A stretch of 58,766 bases of DNA, filler included, from Fonticula-like sp. SCN 57-25 (taxonomy: Eukaryota), in the NCBI GenBank assembly GCA_001724245.1. It is 2 parts of 2 records of this genome, joined end to end, with 100 filler letters (N's around TTAATTAATTAA, not from the genome) between each part and the next. Parts side by side here need not be neighbours in the genome. Positions count along the whole stretch, not along the records: positions 29,851 to 58,766 come from MEDX01000051.1; 1 more part is not named here. One strand, given 5' to 3'. Made by a program: the position numbers and the translations under genes. Shown one piece after another: positions 38,447-51,644 of this stretch (positions within the stretch are counted from its first letter, which is position 1; every line of letters begins with the position of its first letter). The notes under the pieces are model-generated. The model saw nothing but the letters and a program-made list of their open reading frames with translations. It made no database searches and was not told the DNA's origin.

Positions 38447-41400
38447 ATGCTTTCGGCCATCGGTCGCGCTGCGGCGCAACAGCCGTTTGCGCGTCGCGTT
38501 ACTGTCTCGGGAGCGCTGCGTGCGCTGGCACCTGTGCCTACTCGCTCTTATGCGAAGCGCAGCGCGCCGCACCCGTCCGAGTCGTTCCTTCGTGGAACCT
38601 CTGCCGTCTATTTTGAGGAAATGCACCGCGCATGGCAGAAGGATCCCGCGTCCGTTCACAAGTCGTGGGATGTCTACTTCTCGCAGGTCGCGCGCGGCGC
38701 TGCCCCCGGCGAAGGTGCGTGTTTGCCTGGCGTCCTTCGGCGCGGTCTAACTAGTGTGATTTGTAATAGCCTTTATGGAGGCGCCCGCTCCCGGCACCCC
38801 CCCGCCGGTCGCTGGTCAGATCGATGCGGCGACCCTGGAGCGCCTCGTTCAGGACTCTGTCAACGTGCAGCACCTCATTCGCGCCTACCAGGTGCGCGGC
38901 CACAACATTGCCAAGCTGGATCCTCTCGGCATCAAGGATGCGGATCTTGATCCGTCCATCCCTCCGGAGCTTGAGTTCACGCGCTACGGCTTCACCGAGG
39001 CTGGTACGCAGACGCGCAGGCCATTTTTGTCGCCGTTCTAACGACTTTTTTATAAGATCTTGACCGCAAGTTCACTTTCAAGTCGAACGAGGTCACTGGC
39101 ATCCTCGGCTCCAACGAGTCGTTGACCCTGCGCGAAATCATCGCCAAGCTGCAGAAGGTCTACTGCGGCACCGTCGGTGTCGAGTACATGGTATGTGGCC
39201 TCAGTTTTTTCTTTCTTTTTGCGCGTTTGCTTATCGTTTGTTTGCGCCTGTAGCACATTAAGAGCCGCGAGGAGTGCAACTGGCTCCGCGAGCGCATCGA
39301 GGTCAACCCGCGCAAGTTCTCGCGCGACGAGAAGCGCCGCATTCTCGACCGCCTCATCTGGTCCGATAGCTTTGAGCGGTACGTGTTCATTTTCACGCGC
39401 ATAATGTGGTCTGACGACGCGTTGCAGCTTTGTTGCGCAAAAGTACCCGTCCGAGAAGCGCTTCGGCCTCGAGGGTTGCGAGGTTCTCCTGCCGGTCATG
39501 AAGGCCGCCGTTGATCTCTCGGCTGACCTCGGTACCGACCACATTGTCATGGGCATGCCTCACCGCGGCCGCCTCAACGTTCTCTCCAACATGGTCCGCA
39601 AGCCGAACGAGGCCATTTTCTCCGAGTTCAACGGCAAGAACAAGCCGGACGACTCTTTCTCTGGCGACGTAAAGTATCACTTGGGCATGCACTTTGTCCG
39701 CCCCACGCATTCGGGCAAGAACATTGCGCTCACGCTCGAGGCGAACCCGTCTCACCTCGAGGCCGTCAACCCCGTTGTTATGGGCAAGACTCGCGGTCTC
39801 CAGGACGAGATGCACGACGCGAAGCGGGAAAAGGTCTTCTCGATGCTCCTGCACGGTGACGCTGCTTTTGCTGGCCAGGGTGTCGTCTACGAGTCGCTCG
39901 GTCTCACCAACCTCCCCCACTACACCACCGGCGGTGTCCTCCACATTGTCGTCAACAATCAGATTGGCTTCACCACGGACCCCCGCTTTGCCCGCTCGAC
40001 CCCGTACTGCACGGACGTTGCCCTTTCGCTCGAGGCGCCCATCTTCCACGTGAACGCCGACGACGTCGAGGCCGCCGTCTTTGTGAGCGAGCTTGCCACC
40101 GAGTACCGCGCCCGCTTTAAGAAGGACGTTGTCCTCGACCTTGTCTGCTACCGCCGCCACGGTCACAACGAGGTCGATCAGCCCGCCTTCACGCAGCCGC
40201 TCATGTACAAGGTCATCTCTGCTCACCCGTCCGTCTACAAGAAATACAGCCAGCAGCTCATCTCGGAGGGCGTTTTCACCGAGGAGGAGGTGAAGGCCAT
40301 GGAGGCTGAGGTTTGGCAGAAGCTCGAGGCCGCGTACCAGTCGGCCAAGGAGCAGGGTGTCGAGAATGAGGTGTGGACGAGCGCCGCCTGGATGACGGAG
40401 AAGGTGAAGCCGATCCGCGACAACTACAAGTCCATCTACCCCGAGAGGCAGACTGGCGTGCCGATGGCCGTCCTCAAGGAGGTCGGCGAGGCGATCAGCA
40501 GCTACCCGGCCGACTTTAAGGTGCACGACGGCCTTGCCCGCATCATTGCCACGAAGCGCAAGACGATCGAGACCGGCGCCGGCATCGACATGCCGACCGC
40601 CGAGGCGCTCGCCTTTGGTACCCTCCTGAATGAGAACTGCCACGTGCGCCTGAGTGGCCAGGATGTCGAGCGCGGCACCTTTAGCCACCGCCACGCCGTC
40701 CTCGTTGACCAGAACACTGAGCAGCGCTACGTTCCGCTCAACAATATCAGCAGCTCGCAGGCTCCCTTCACCGTGACCAACTCGCATCTCTCCGAGTATG
40801 GCGTCATGGGCTTTGAGCTCGGCTACTCGATGGTTAACCCCAACTGGCTGACCCTCTGGGAGGCCCAGTTCGGCGACTTTGCCAACACTGCTCAGTGCAT
40901 CATTGACCAGTTCATTGCCTCTGGTGAGCGCAAGTGGCAGCAGCGCACCGGCCTCACCCTCCTGCTCCCGCACGGTTACGACGGCGCTGGCCCCGAGCAC
41001 TCGAGCGGCCGCATGGAGCGCTTCCTGCAGCTCTGCGACGACAACCCGAACAAGGTGCCCGACATGGCCGAGGAGAAGCGGAGACAGATCCAGGACGCCA
41101 ATATGCAGGTCGTGTACCCGTCGACCCCGGCCAACTACTTCCACGTCCTCAGGCGGCAGCTTCACCGCGACTTTAGGAAGCCGCTCGTCGTCTTCAACTC
41201 CAAGGTCCTGCTCCGCCACCCGCTGGCCCGCTCGACCCTCGAGGAGATGTCGGGATCGTCAAAGTTCCGCCGCATGATCCCCGAGACTGCGCTCACCTGC
41301 CAGCCCGAGGCCGTCCGCCGCATTATCTTCTGCAGCGGCCAGGTCTACTACAACCTGCTCAATGCCCGCAACGCCAACGATATCCAGGACGTGGCCATCA

Positions 41401-41735
41401 CCCGCGTCGAGCAGATTTCGCCCTTCCCGTACGACCTCCTCGCCCGCGAGGCCGACAAGTACCCCAAGGCCGAGATCGTCTGGGCCCAGGAGGAGCCTAT
41501 GAACGCCGGCGCCTGGACCTACGTCCAGCCCCGCATCCGCTCCGCGCTCAACACCCTCAGCTCGTCGCACAAGAACGTTGACGCCCAGTACGCCGGCCGC
41601 TGCGCGAGCGCCTCGACCGCCACTGGCAACAAGAAGCAGCACGTTGCCGAGGAGTGCGAGCTCATTTCGCAGGCCTTCTTCTCCGAGAACCGCCCCGTCA
41701 AGGAGACCAAGAACGGCGCTCCCATCTTTGGTTAA
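38447..41735 (+). CDS. OGDH: 2-oxoglutarate dehydrogenase E1
   Basis: [78 protein letters not shown]. Confidence 0.98.
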
Positions 41736-42037
41736 GACTGCAAAAAAGACGATGACTATTTAGCAAATGAACGTGAAATATACAGAGCGCACGATTGAAA
41801 TCCTAGATACATTAAAGAGTAATTGCACGATAGAGATTTATTAAGAACGGGCCAAAGCCCATCCATATGGTCGCCCTACGGCACCGACATACACAGGGCC
41901 ACTATGTACATATAGCCGCAGTGCTTCAATGCAGTAGAATCGGAATAGGTGAGAGTGAAACCGATTGAAATGGATTGAAACGTTCATGTTTTGCTGACGT
42001 CATCATTGTGGTTGCCTTCACTGCCCCTTCACTCGAC

Positions 42038-43028
42038 ATGGCGCGCAAACTTGTGGTGTTTGACTTTGACCTTTCGCTTGCGAATGCGAATACGGATACC
42101 GAGGTCATTAAGAAGCTGGCAGGGAGCGAAATATGGGAGGAGGTGAAGCGTCAGTTTCCGCAGTTGCGGGCAAGCTGGAGCGACCAGATGGTGCGATCGC
42201 TCGCCACGTCTACGAACCCCTGCTAATATGCTTGCTTTAGACGATGGTGCTTGAAAAGATCCACGCAAAGGGGGTGACCAAGGAGGACATTCTCGACTTG
42301 ATGAGAAGCGACATTCCCCTGGAGGCGGACATGATCGAGTCTGTGCGCCTGCTGCATGCGAGCGGATTCGACATTGTAATCCTGTCGGACGCAAACAGCG
42401 TCTTTATTGAGACCATTCTAGAGGCACGCATATTTTCTTTTGCGTCTTCCAGCTCTAATTGTTGAGCAGAAGTACAATATTAGGCATTTCTTCCGTGAAG
42501 TCATCACGAACCCGGCTGCGTTTAATGAGCACGGCCGCCTGATCGTCCGCGCGTGCTTTGAGAATCGCGAGCATTCTTGCCCGCTCTGTGGCGCCAACTT
42601 GTGCAAAGGTACTTTTGAATTCCTTTTTACATTGCATTGTGTTGAGACAGGATATGCGCAGGTATCGAGATTGAGCGGCTTGTGGCCAATGGCGGCATGC
42701 CGTACGAGGCGGTGATGTATGTCGGCGACTCGAATAACGACTACTGCCCGAGCATCAAACTCACTTCGTGCGCATATTATCCCTTTTTATGTTGTTTTTT
42801 GTCGCGTGTGTCTTATTTGTTACCTTTCTATCCTTTTCATCTCCTTTTGTGTCTTTCCTTGACCTTGTTCTCATGGATGTTGTTGCCAGGCGCGATTTCG
42901 TGCTCGCCCGGCAAGGTATGGCGCTCCACCGGCGACTCACCGAGAACAACGAGCACCGGGCGACGGTGGTCCCGTGGTCCGACGGAAGCGGCGTCCTCGA
43001 GTTCACGCGCACGTTTGTCCTTTCATGA
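42038..43028 (+). CDS. PHOSPHO1/2-like HAD phosphatase (pyridoxal-phosphate/phosphocholine type)
   Basis: VVFDFDLS....TD, ILSDANSVFI, ITNPA, CPLC..NLCKG, YVGD.NNDYCP. One GC-AG intron at 42424-42469. Confidence 0.92.
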
Positions 43029-43237
43029 TCGTTTCGCATTCCCTTTTGGCGAAATGATGCGAGACATCATCGCGAACCCAAGTATTTGGTTTTACTGTAC
43101 AATGTGAAATACATGCCATTCTGCCCAATATTTATCCTTTATGCGGAATTTACGTGAACTGTGTGGCGCGCTTGCGAGGGATCCTCTGCTAGAGTTTTGG
43201 CGGGAAATCGCCGCAGCTGACAGCCAAGTCCTCCTCT

Positions 43238-43252
43238 GATTGGACCGATTGG
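43238..43252. promoter_or_regulatory. Tandem inverted CCAAT boxes upstream of the BLTP3-like gene
   Basis: GATTGG twice, ~70-80 nt before ATG 43320. Similar CCAATC motifs precede OGDH, the MFS gene and the BNR gene. Confidence 0.4.
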
Positions 43253-43319
43253 CAAACAGAAACGCGAACAACAGCCCGTGAAAGGCGGCCCGACAACCAG
43301 CCGACGGTGGCCGGCCGTC

Positions 43320-46300
43320 ATGGCGGACGCCCTACTTTATTCCGCCTTATCAAAGTACTTTCAGGCGTATCTACGCGACTTTGAGCGCAACGATTTCAAG
43401 TTCAAGTTAAAAGATGGCGAGGCGCGCCTGGCTAACGTGCAGCTCAAGGTGGAGGCCATCGAGCCGTTCATCAGGAATCTTCCGCTGAGAGTGGTCAGCG
43501 CAAGAATACAAACGTGCGATCGTTTCTGTCTATACTCCTTTGTTGCTCATCATGTGTGTGGTGTGGTAAATCAGCTTGACGGTCAAGGCCAAGCTGACCA
43601 AAATCACGTCGGAGCCGGTCGCGGTCATCATTGACTCGGTCAAGATCGAGCTTGCCGAGGCGCCCGTCGTTCCGACAGATCCCGCGGCGGCGGCGACGGC
43701 AGTGGCAGCAGCACCGAGCAAGAAAAAGCAGTCGTCAAAGTCTGAGGTACGCACCTTTGCTCGAGTGTTGGCGCCGATCGCAGGTCCTGATCCTTCTTTT
43801 ACCAGACTGTCAAAAAGACGTACCCGACGGTGGAAAAGATCGTCGACGGACTGCGGGTGGAAATCGGCGAGATCGTTATTTCATTAACTCTACTAGCACC
43901 GTGCGTGACATCCTGAAGCACGTTCTTTCTTGTTAACGCCCGCGCGACAGGGAGCTGCCCAAGCTTGTGTTGCGGATTAGCAACGCTGTTGCCGCTACCG
44001 TCGACGAAAACTGGCACGCGAGCCCGCTGAAGCGATGCCGCAAGTACAGCCGGTCCTTCCCGAATGACATTTACGTCTTCAAGCTTGTTTCCGGGTACAT
44101 GACGGTGTCGCTCGTCCCGCCCGACCGCAACAGAATGCCAATCATCATTTGCCTGGATCACTACATTAGCATGCGCGTGCTCATGCACAAGGTGCGCCCG
44201 CCGCCACGCTGGCCGCCTGTTCTCATATTTATATTCTTGTAGAACCCATGTGCGAGAAAGGGCGAGGATATCAGCCCGCTGCGCGGCATTCAGCTAGAGC
44301 TTTCCCTCGGCTCATTCGTCATCAAGCTGCCGCACGAGTCGCTGACGGACGCCATGGGTTTCATCAGCGGCGCTCTACTCATGCTTCTCGCCGCCATTCG
44401 CTCAGGGAACAACAAGGTGCGCCTATTTTTCTATTCATTTGCGACTTGGCACTGAACTGGCGCTTTTAAGGTGGTCGACATGTCTTCCGCCGAGCAGCAG
44501 CCGCGCATGGTTTGCTACGCGACGATGGAAAGCCTGCGCATCCTGATCCAGACGGACGGCGACCGCGCGGCCGTCCCTGCAATCCTGGATATTCTGCTGC
44601 AGGAGCCCGCGCTCTTCATGGACCAGGAGGTAAAGTCGATCGGCGACGCCATGTCCAGCTCGACCACGTCGGTCAACTCGCTGCCCTCCCTCCCAATGCA
44701 GCGCACCACCAGCGTGAACTTGTTTGTAACATCCATCTCGGTGTCGGACAATGCATCGCAGCAGCCGCTCGTCGCCATCGCGCCGAGCAATTGTACGCAT
44801 TTTGCCTTGAGAATCATTTTCGCTGATGGTAAATGTGTAGATTTTACGCGCGCGCTGCACCTGACGCCCAACGCGCCTTTCCCGTCGCTCGACCCAATGG
44901 CCACCGAGCGCCCCAGGTCCGTGCCGTCGGTCGCAGCATTCGCGCTCGCCCTCAACGTAAAGTACGTCACACCCGACCGCACGTTTTTGCTGACGCTCTG
45001 CGGCTCATAGAACGCCGCTTCCATTTCGGCGACCCGTGCACCAAAAGGCAGAGGCGTTCTGCAGCGATATTGTCGTGCGCATTGACGACGAGACGATCCA
45101 GGCGTTTGCGTCGCTGGGCTCGCTGATGGAGCGCGGCCTGGAGCTGAGCCAGGTCGTGGCGCGCGTCGTCGCTCCGCGGACCGACCTCACTCTCGATTTC
45201 ACGGTACAGCGTCAGCTTTTAGTAATGTATTTCTCATGATATTGCGTAGATATATCTCCATTCGATCTACGCGGATGTTGATATCATTTACGGGGCGCAC
45301 GTCGAGACCGTGTCACTCGAGATTCCGAATATGACAATGCTTGATATCCGGTACATGGCGCCCCTTTTACTCCCAACTATACTCACGAGTATGTCTTTTA
45401 GGAGGACGTCGTCGCCGCTGGATGGTCAAAGTGTAATTGTGCGAATAGAGTGGAATTGCCCACGTGCCTTGCTGACATTACTTGCTCTAGATTCTCTCGG
45501 CCTCGACCGAAATTTCGTCTTTTATCGTCGGGTTCACCGGCCACGCGGGCGTCCCTTTTTTGCGCGTGTCTCAACTGAACGTCAAAGTACGCAATTTATA
45601 CACATATTCATTGGCTAAGTCTCTTTGGAACAGACTTCCAAGGCACCCAATTTGCTGGATGTTTCGGTCGTGGTGGGCGGCGAGGCGCAAATGGTCGTGT
45701 CGCCCGTCTTTCTCGCACTCGTCGGCCACGTGCTTGACCAGCACGACTTTAGCGCCGCCGCCGTTCGCGCCAAGCCCAAGGAGGTGGACGAGCCGGCCAT
45801 GCCGGAGCTACTCATGCGTTGTGTCGTCAAGGTTCGCTTTTTTTTCGTTTATTCTGCAGCACTGATGTATCTTTTGAAATAGCGCGCGTCTCTGCAGCTG
45901 CTTCCCAAGGCTGAGGCCGAGTCTGTCTTTGCCCACATTGACGGCATGGACGTCGCGGTCGCTCGCCCTGCCGGCGCGCAGCTCACCACGTTTGTGATCG
46001 GTGCCGCGTCGCTCATCTGCAGCCAAAACAGCGCGCCTTTTGTGACGCTGATCGGCGCAGCGCAGCGCAACCCAATCGTAAAGGCCGTCGTGGACAGTGC
46101 GCATTTGCTTTTTCTGTTTTGTTGTTACTTACTTTTTTTGCTCTACAGAGAACGGCGCTGTTCACGAGATCAAAGTGCTGTTTGATCACGCTGACATGGT
46201 CGTATCGGGCGAATGGGTCAGCGTCGTCGCCGACATTGTGCACACGGCGATGCAGCGCCTTCCACCTGCGCTCTTGTCGCGCGCCCTTACCGCGTCGCCC

Positions 46301-47833
46301 AAGGCGGCCATCGCCGCGTCGGCCGTGCCAGAGGAGGCGGCGGAAGCGTTTTTCTCGGCGGCGCTGTCTTCGATCGCCATTGTTCCGCGCGTCTCGCTCG
46401 AGACCGGCCGCGTGCAGGTGGCGCTGCGCCACCGCCACGACCACGCGGACATTGTCGGCGTGCTCCTGCGCGACATCGATGCGCGCGTGTCGCCTAGCGA
46501 TGTCGGCAATGTGCATCTCATATCAGTTCGCGCGCAGATCTGCTCCACAACAATGAAGGAAGTCACGTACGATGAGGATATTTTTGGTTTGCCCAGGCTG
46601 ACGTTTGATAGATCGTTTGATATTCACGTTGAATCGACCGCCATGCACGACGAGGGCGTCCTGCGCCCGCTGTCGCTTTCATTTTTCATGAACGACCGGC
46701 CGCGGCTCGTCCTCGGCGGCACGCAGGTCGTCGATGTGCTCGCCGCGCTAGAAAGCATCCGCGCGCCGCTGCTGCCGCTCATGTACCTCGCATCGTCGAG
46801 CGCGAGCGATAATGCCGGCGATAGCGTGAGTGACGACGGAAGCGGGTCTACAAGGTCTGCGGAGATCACCACGTGGCGGAGGAAGCCTTTGGTGAGCCAC
46901 CCGACGATCCCCGGCACGCCGCCTCCAGGCGAGCCCGTCGACACGACGGTGGCGGACCTTCGCGCGGCCGTGCGCGCCATCCGGCACCACCTGCATGCCG
47001 GCAGCAACCACCTTGAAGAGCTGCTCGAGCGCACGAACGCGAACCTTGATGCCGGCCGCTCGCTGGACGAGCGCCTGCCCATGCTCGAGTTGGACCTGAG
47101 GAGGGGAATTCTTGTGCAGGAAAGGACATTTAACGGCGTCGCTATCCCTGGATGCTTTCTGGCTGCAGAAGCCGTTACGTGGATCGTGGCAAAGCACAAT
47201 TTGCTGTCAAGAAACGAGGGCATTCAGCTACTGAAGTGCGAAATAAGAGCTTTTCTTTCAGAATGACTCACTTATGCGCCTCCTAGATCGCTCTGCAAGA
47301 TGGGCACGATTGAGCCAATCGGCGACTCGTCTGACCAAGTCGTCGATGACCATGTGTGGTGGCGCTTTCGGTCGGTGGCGTTTGTGGGCAGCGACGGGAT
47401 GCACAAGCTGGACCTGCGCGACTCGCTGCTCGCGGGGCTCGGCAAGGCACAGGGGGAGCTGCTGATGGCGCGTGAGTCTGTCGGCGCGCTCGACAGCGCG
47501 CTCCACCGCTCAACGCACCCGCACCATCGCCCGGGACCAGACGCAGCGAAGGGTCAAGATGGGATGTTGTTGGCAGGCTCGCTGGGTGCCGCCGCGCAAG
47601 ATCAGGAAACGGAGACCGAATACAAACAAGACGATCAAGAAGGCGACTACGAATACGATCAGGAAGGCGACCACGGATACTATAAAGAAGGCGACCACGA
47701 ATACGATCAAGAAGGCGACCATGCAGGCGACCACGACGACCATCGAGATAACGACCAAGAAGATGGCCAAGAAGTCGACCAAGAAGACGACCAAGAAGAC
47801 GACGAAGATGACGAGGATGCCAAAGAGATTTAG
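43320..47833 (+). CDS. Chorein-N bridge-like lipid transfer protein (BLTP3/UHRF1BP1-like) with C-terminal DEP domain and acidic tail
   Basis: LSKYFQAYLRDF...F.FKLKDGEARL.NVQLK (chorein-N), TKITSEPV.V.IDSV.IEL.E, Y..VEKIVDGLRVEI, TVDENW. DEP: ILVQERTF...IPGCFLAAEAVTWIV....SRNEGIQL...L...G.I.......DD..WWRF. Confidence 0.75.
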
Positions 47834-48000
47834 GCGGGGCAATAGAGGATCAGCATATATGAGCATGGCAAGTATGGCTTCAAGGGCATATGCATGATAT
47901 CATTATAGACCGCGTGGTGGCGCGCATGCATTGTACAATATAATCTCCCGCATATTTTCACGCATTTTCAGTTAAGAAAAGAGAGCTTGTCGAGGTAAAT

Positions 48001-48099
48001 ATGGTAGGCGGGACTGTGTGTCACAGGGTTTCGGCAAAGCCACTTGGGACAGCGCAGAGCCTCGGTACGCTGTCGGTACGGGGCTCGCCCACCACCCAT
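48001..48099. ncRNA. Candidate structured RNA (closed multibranch fold with H-type pseudoknot), family unknown
   Basis: Terminal stem 48001-12/48088-99, two hairpins, and interleaved stems 48048-54/48068-74 and 48057-63/48080-86. Confidence 0.3.
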
Positions 48100-48234
48100 T
48101 GTGAAAGTTAGATCGATTGGGGCCTGGTCGGGTTGGGTCGGTTCTTGCCATATCGGGAAATCGGCCAATCATATGCTTTCCCGCAAATCGCAGTTGATTT
48201 TTCCACCCGCCCTGCCAAGCAGCGCGGTGGAAAT

Positions 48235-50205
48235 ATGGCCGGCGGGTGCACGGGAAGAATGCCGTCCGTCAATCGGCGACTCATTCTACCAAAAGTAACA
48301 TATCTTTTAGTATGGTGTACGTCTGCGCTTTGTGTTTAGCTTCCGCTTTGTTAGTAACATTTTGGTCCAATTCCTTTCCTCGATTGCCACGCGCAGCGTG
48401 CATGGCCAGTTTGATCCCGTTCCTTTCGGTGTACCTCAAAACTAAAAATCTGACGCCATTTGAAGTGGGCGTCATTTTGTCTGTTAAGCCGTTTACAGTG
48501 TTTGCAGGCACGACGGTCTTGTCAACGCTGGCAGACCGCTACGACGCGCACAAGGTACATGTTGGAGCACCCCCCCTAATCGCACCGAGTTCACTAACCC
48601 TTTTGCGGCTTTTTGCCTCGCTCCAAGATCATCCTCATAACGACGTTTGTGACAAGTTCTGCTATACGCATGCTTATAATGTGGGTCGAGAGTTTTTGGG
48701 CCCTTTTTCTCGTCGTTCTTGCCGCGTACGTCCTTTGTTGCTATGATAAAGCTCTTTTGCCTAATGCATTGCGATCCAGCGAGCTCATCGGGAGCGCGTA
48801 CATTGCGCTTATCGACGGGGGCGTCCTCGCAGTATTATGGCCCGACACGGCGCTGTACGGCAAGCAGCGACTATATGGAGCTGTTGGGTGCGCTTGGTTT
48901 TTTCTCTGCGTGTCCATGCTGATTCGTGCACTTACAGATGGGGCGCCATGGCCCTAGTTGCGGGCGCGATTGCCGAAGCCGCGCAAAATGACAACACCTT
49001 CTTTTACATTCACATGCTGTTAACCTTTGTTTCCTTGGTCCCCGTGCGTGCCTGCGCTTCCTTCTGTTGCTTGCCTGTGTCCTCACGCGCCTTTGCGATC
49101 AGCTCTCACTGCAGTCTTGGAAGGGGCGCTCCAGGGAGGAAGAGTCTCTTCCCACGCCATCAGGTATGCCTTATGTTTTTTCCCGGCTTGACTGCAGTGC
49201 TGACGATGGGTTGCAACAGCGTCGGGCGAGCTGAACATTGAGGGGCAAGCGCAGCCCACCAGCTCGTCGGGCTCGTCGTTCAGCCGGTACGCTTTGCAAG
49301 GAGCAAGTTTGCACTTCTGACCCGATTCCCCGCCAGATTTATCAATTTTCTGCGCCCCATGATGCGCGTTCTGATTCAGCCTGCCGTGGCGACCTTTTTC
49401 ATCACCGTGTTCTCGCTCGGCGCGCTCATGTGCCTCGTGAATGTGTACCTTTTTGTATACCTGGCGGACATGGGCGGCACGTCGACGCTCTTTGGCCTCT
49501 CCCTCGCGGTCACATGCATTGCCGAGATTCCGTTCTTCTTTTTTTCCGAGCGGCTTTTGAAGCGCTTTAGCCCGTCGGCCGTCATCCTCTTCTCCATCTG
49601 CGTCTACTCGCTGCGCTTCATTTACTACTCGTTCATCACGAACCCGTGGGCGGTCCTGCCCGCCGAGCTTTTGCATGGCATTACATACGCGGCGTGCTGG
49701 GCCGCGCAGACCGAGTTTGTCTCGCAGGTGCGTTTTTTCTCGCAAACCAATTGGCGGCTCACAGGCACTTACGGTGATTGGCCGCGCAGATATCCCCAGC
49801 TGGCATGGGGACGAGCATGCAGGGCCTCTTGACGGCGACAATGTGGGGCCTCGGCCTCGGCTGCGGGACGCTTGTCTTTGGCTTGGTCTACGACGAATTT
49901 GGCCCTGTAGGCCTCTACCGCACGGGCGTACGGCTTTATTCGCGGGCAACAGGCGCGGTACTGACCAATGTTTTTTTGCGTAGGCTGGGTGGTCGGCGGT
50001 GACGGGCCTCTTTTTCTATTTTACGCGGCCGACCTCTATGCTCGAGTCTCCGCTGCGGGAGCAAGCTCGGAGGCAGCAGGAGCAAAGGCTGCTTGAATCG
50101 GAATTGTCGAGCTCCGCACTGGATAACGACACGGACTTTTCCAGTTTCGGCGTGGCAGCCGACGGCGAGGAGGGCATAGAGATGGTGAGCCATCACTACT
50201 CGTAA
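48235..50205 (+). CDS. MFSD6-like major facilitator superfamily transporter
   Basis: PFLSVYL....L...EVG, LADRY, YGKQRLYGAVGWG, FVYLADMGGT.TLFGL, EIPFFFF, PWAVLP.ELLHGIT, WGLGLG.G.L..G. Confidence 0.9.
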
Positions 50206-50366
50206 TTGGTTTTGGCGAGTCTCTTTTGTTTTTTGTGTCGCATATATTTTGAATGTACTATTTTTGGGCGGAGGCGCGCTTCGCCATAGCCTGCCTTCAG
50301 ACTGTATTACAGTTAATATAATATATATTTACGAGCGAACTGGAATTGAAATGGAGTACATTAAAA

Positions 50367-51644
50367 TCAGGGCAGCGGCTTGCCCTTGCGAAGCGGCATT
50401 TCGGCCTTTTCGTAGATGGCGTCGACGACGCGCATTGTGGCGACGCCGTCGTCGGCCGTCGTCGGAAAGTCGGGCGTCGTGCCGCGCACCGCAGCGACGA
50501 ACGCGCGCAACTGATGCAAGTATGTCGTGCGGCCCCCGTCATAGACCTGCTCCACGCGAGAGGGCCCATCGCTCGGCGTCACCGTGATCTTGTGGTAAAG
50601 ATGCGGAAGCACAAAGTTGACCATGGTCATTTCACCGCGCTCGCACGTCACCTGCATAGCGCCATTCATTAGCACGCATAAAGAAAATAAACAAAGGATC
50701 GCATACCTTTGCGACGGCTAGCGGGTTAAAGATGGAGCCGACGAGAGTGCAAGCGATGGTGGCCGTCGTCGCCGGGTCGGCAAAGGCGAGCGTCGCGGTC
50801 GTGGTGTCGTCGACCTCGCGGGAGGTCGGCTGTGCGACGCATTCGGCGTTGGTGACCGACGTCGGCTCGGCGCCCAAGAGATAGCGCATATAGTTGATGC
50901 TGTAGCAGCCGGCGTCCATCTAAGGGGAGGTTAAAAAACGCCCAGAGGCAGACCGTGCGCGTACGAGGGCACCGCCGGCAAGCTGATAGTTGAAGCGAAT
51001 GTCGGACCGGTTGAATGCAACGGACGGAATGGGGAAGTTGATATGCACAGACTTGATCTTGCCAAGTTCTGTCTCGATGATCTCCTTGGAACGCTGCACC
51101 GCGGGGTGGTAGCGGTAGTGAAACGCCTCAAAGAGAACGCGGTTCGCCGACGCAGCCTCCTGCACCATCAGGGCCGCTTCCTCAGCATTTGACGCAAGCG
51201 GCTTTTCGCACAGCACGTGCTTCCCGGCCCTGAGCGCGAGCACGGTGTGCTGGTAGTGGAGGCCGTTCGGGGACGGAACGTACACGGCATCAATGTCGGG
51301 ATCAGCAAGCATGGCCGCATAGTCGTCATACACCTTTTCAATCGAATGGCGCTCCGCAAACGCACGGGCGCGTTCCTTATCGCGTGCTGCGCATCAAGTA
51401 AGCCCACGTCATGTACATGGAGGGTCGCACCTGTGATGCCGGCCACGATGATGTTCGACTCGAGGCGGGCCGGGTGGATGAGAGCCGCAGGCGCAATGTT
51501 TGCAGCACCAACAATGCCGATGCGCAGGGCGTTCGGCTCCTTTGCCACATACTCGGACGCCAGCGGGCCTTTGAGGACCCGCCAGATGCGCTTCCCAAAC
51601 CACGGGCTGCTTGTGTCAGCGACGGCCTGAGCGACGGTCGTCAT
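50367..51644 (-). CDS. Gfo/Idh/MocA NAD(P)-dependent oxidoreductase
   Basis: LRIGIVGAANIA, DAVYVPSPNGLH, GKHVLCEKPLA, EAFHYRYHP, DIRFNYQLAGGALMDAGCY. Confidence 0.93.

Noticed and set aside
39393-41219. 608-aa antisense ORF
   Set aside because: Shadow of OGDH caused by strong GC3 codon bias; no independent motifs.
47620-47820. 24-nt repeats as a CRISPR-like array
   Set aside because: In-frame DQEGDHEY coding repeats with no unique spacers.
48040-48102. Resemblance to the SRP Alu domain, HDV ribozyme or telomerase RNA
   Set aside because: No SRP helix-8 motif downstream, too little sequence for HDV P3/L3, and no template 5' of the pseudoknot.
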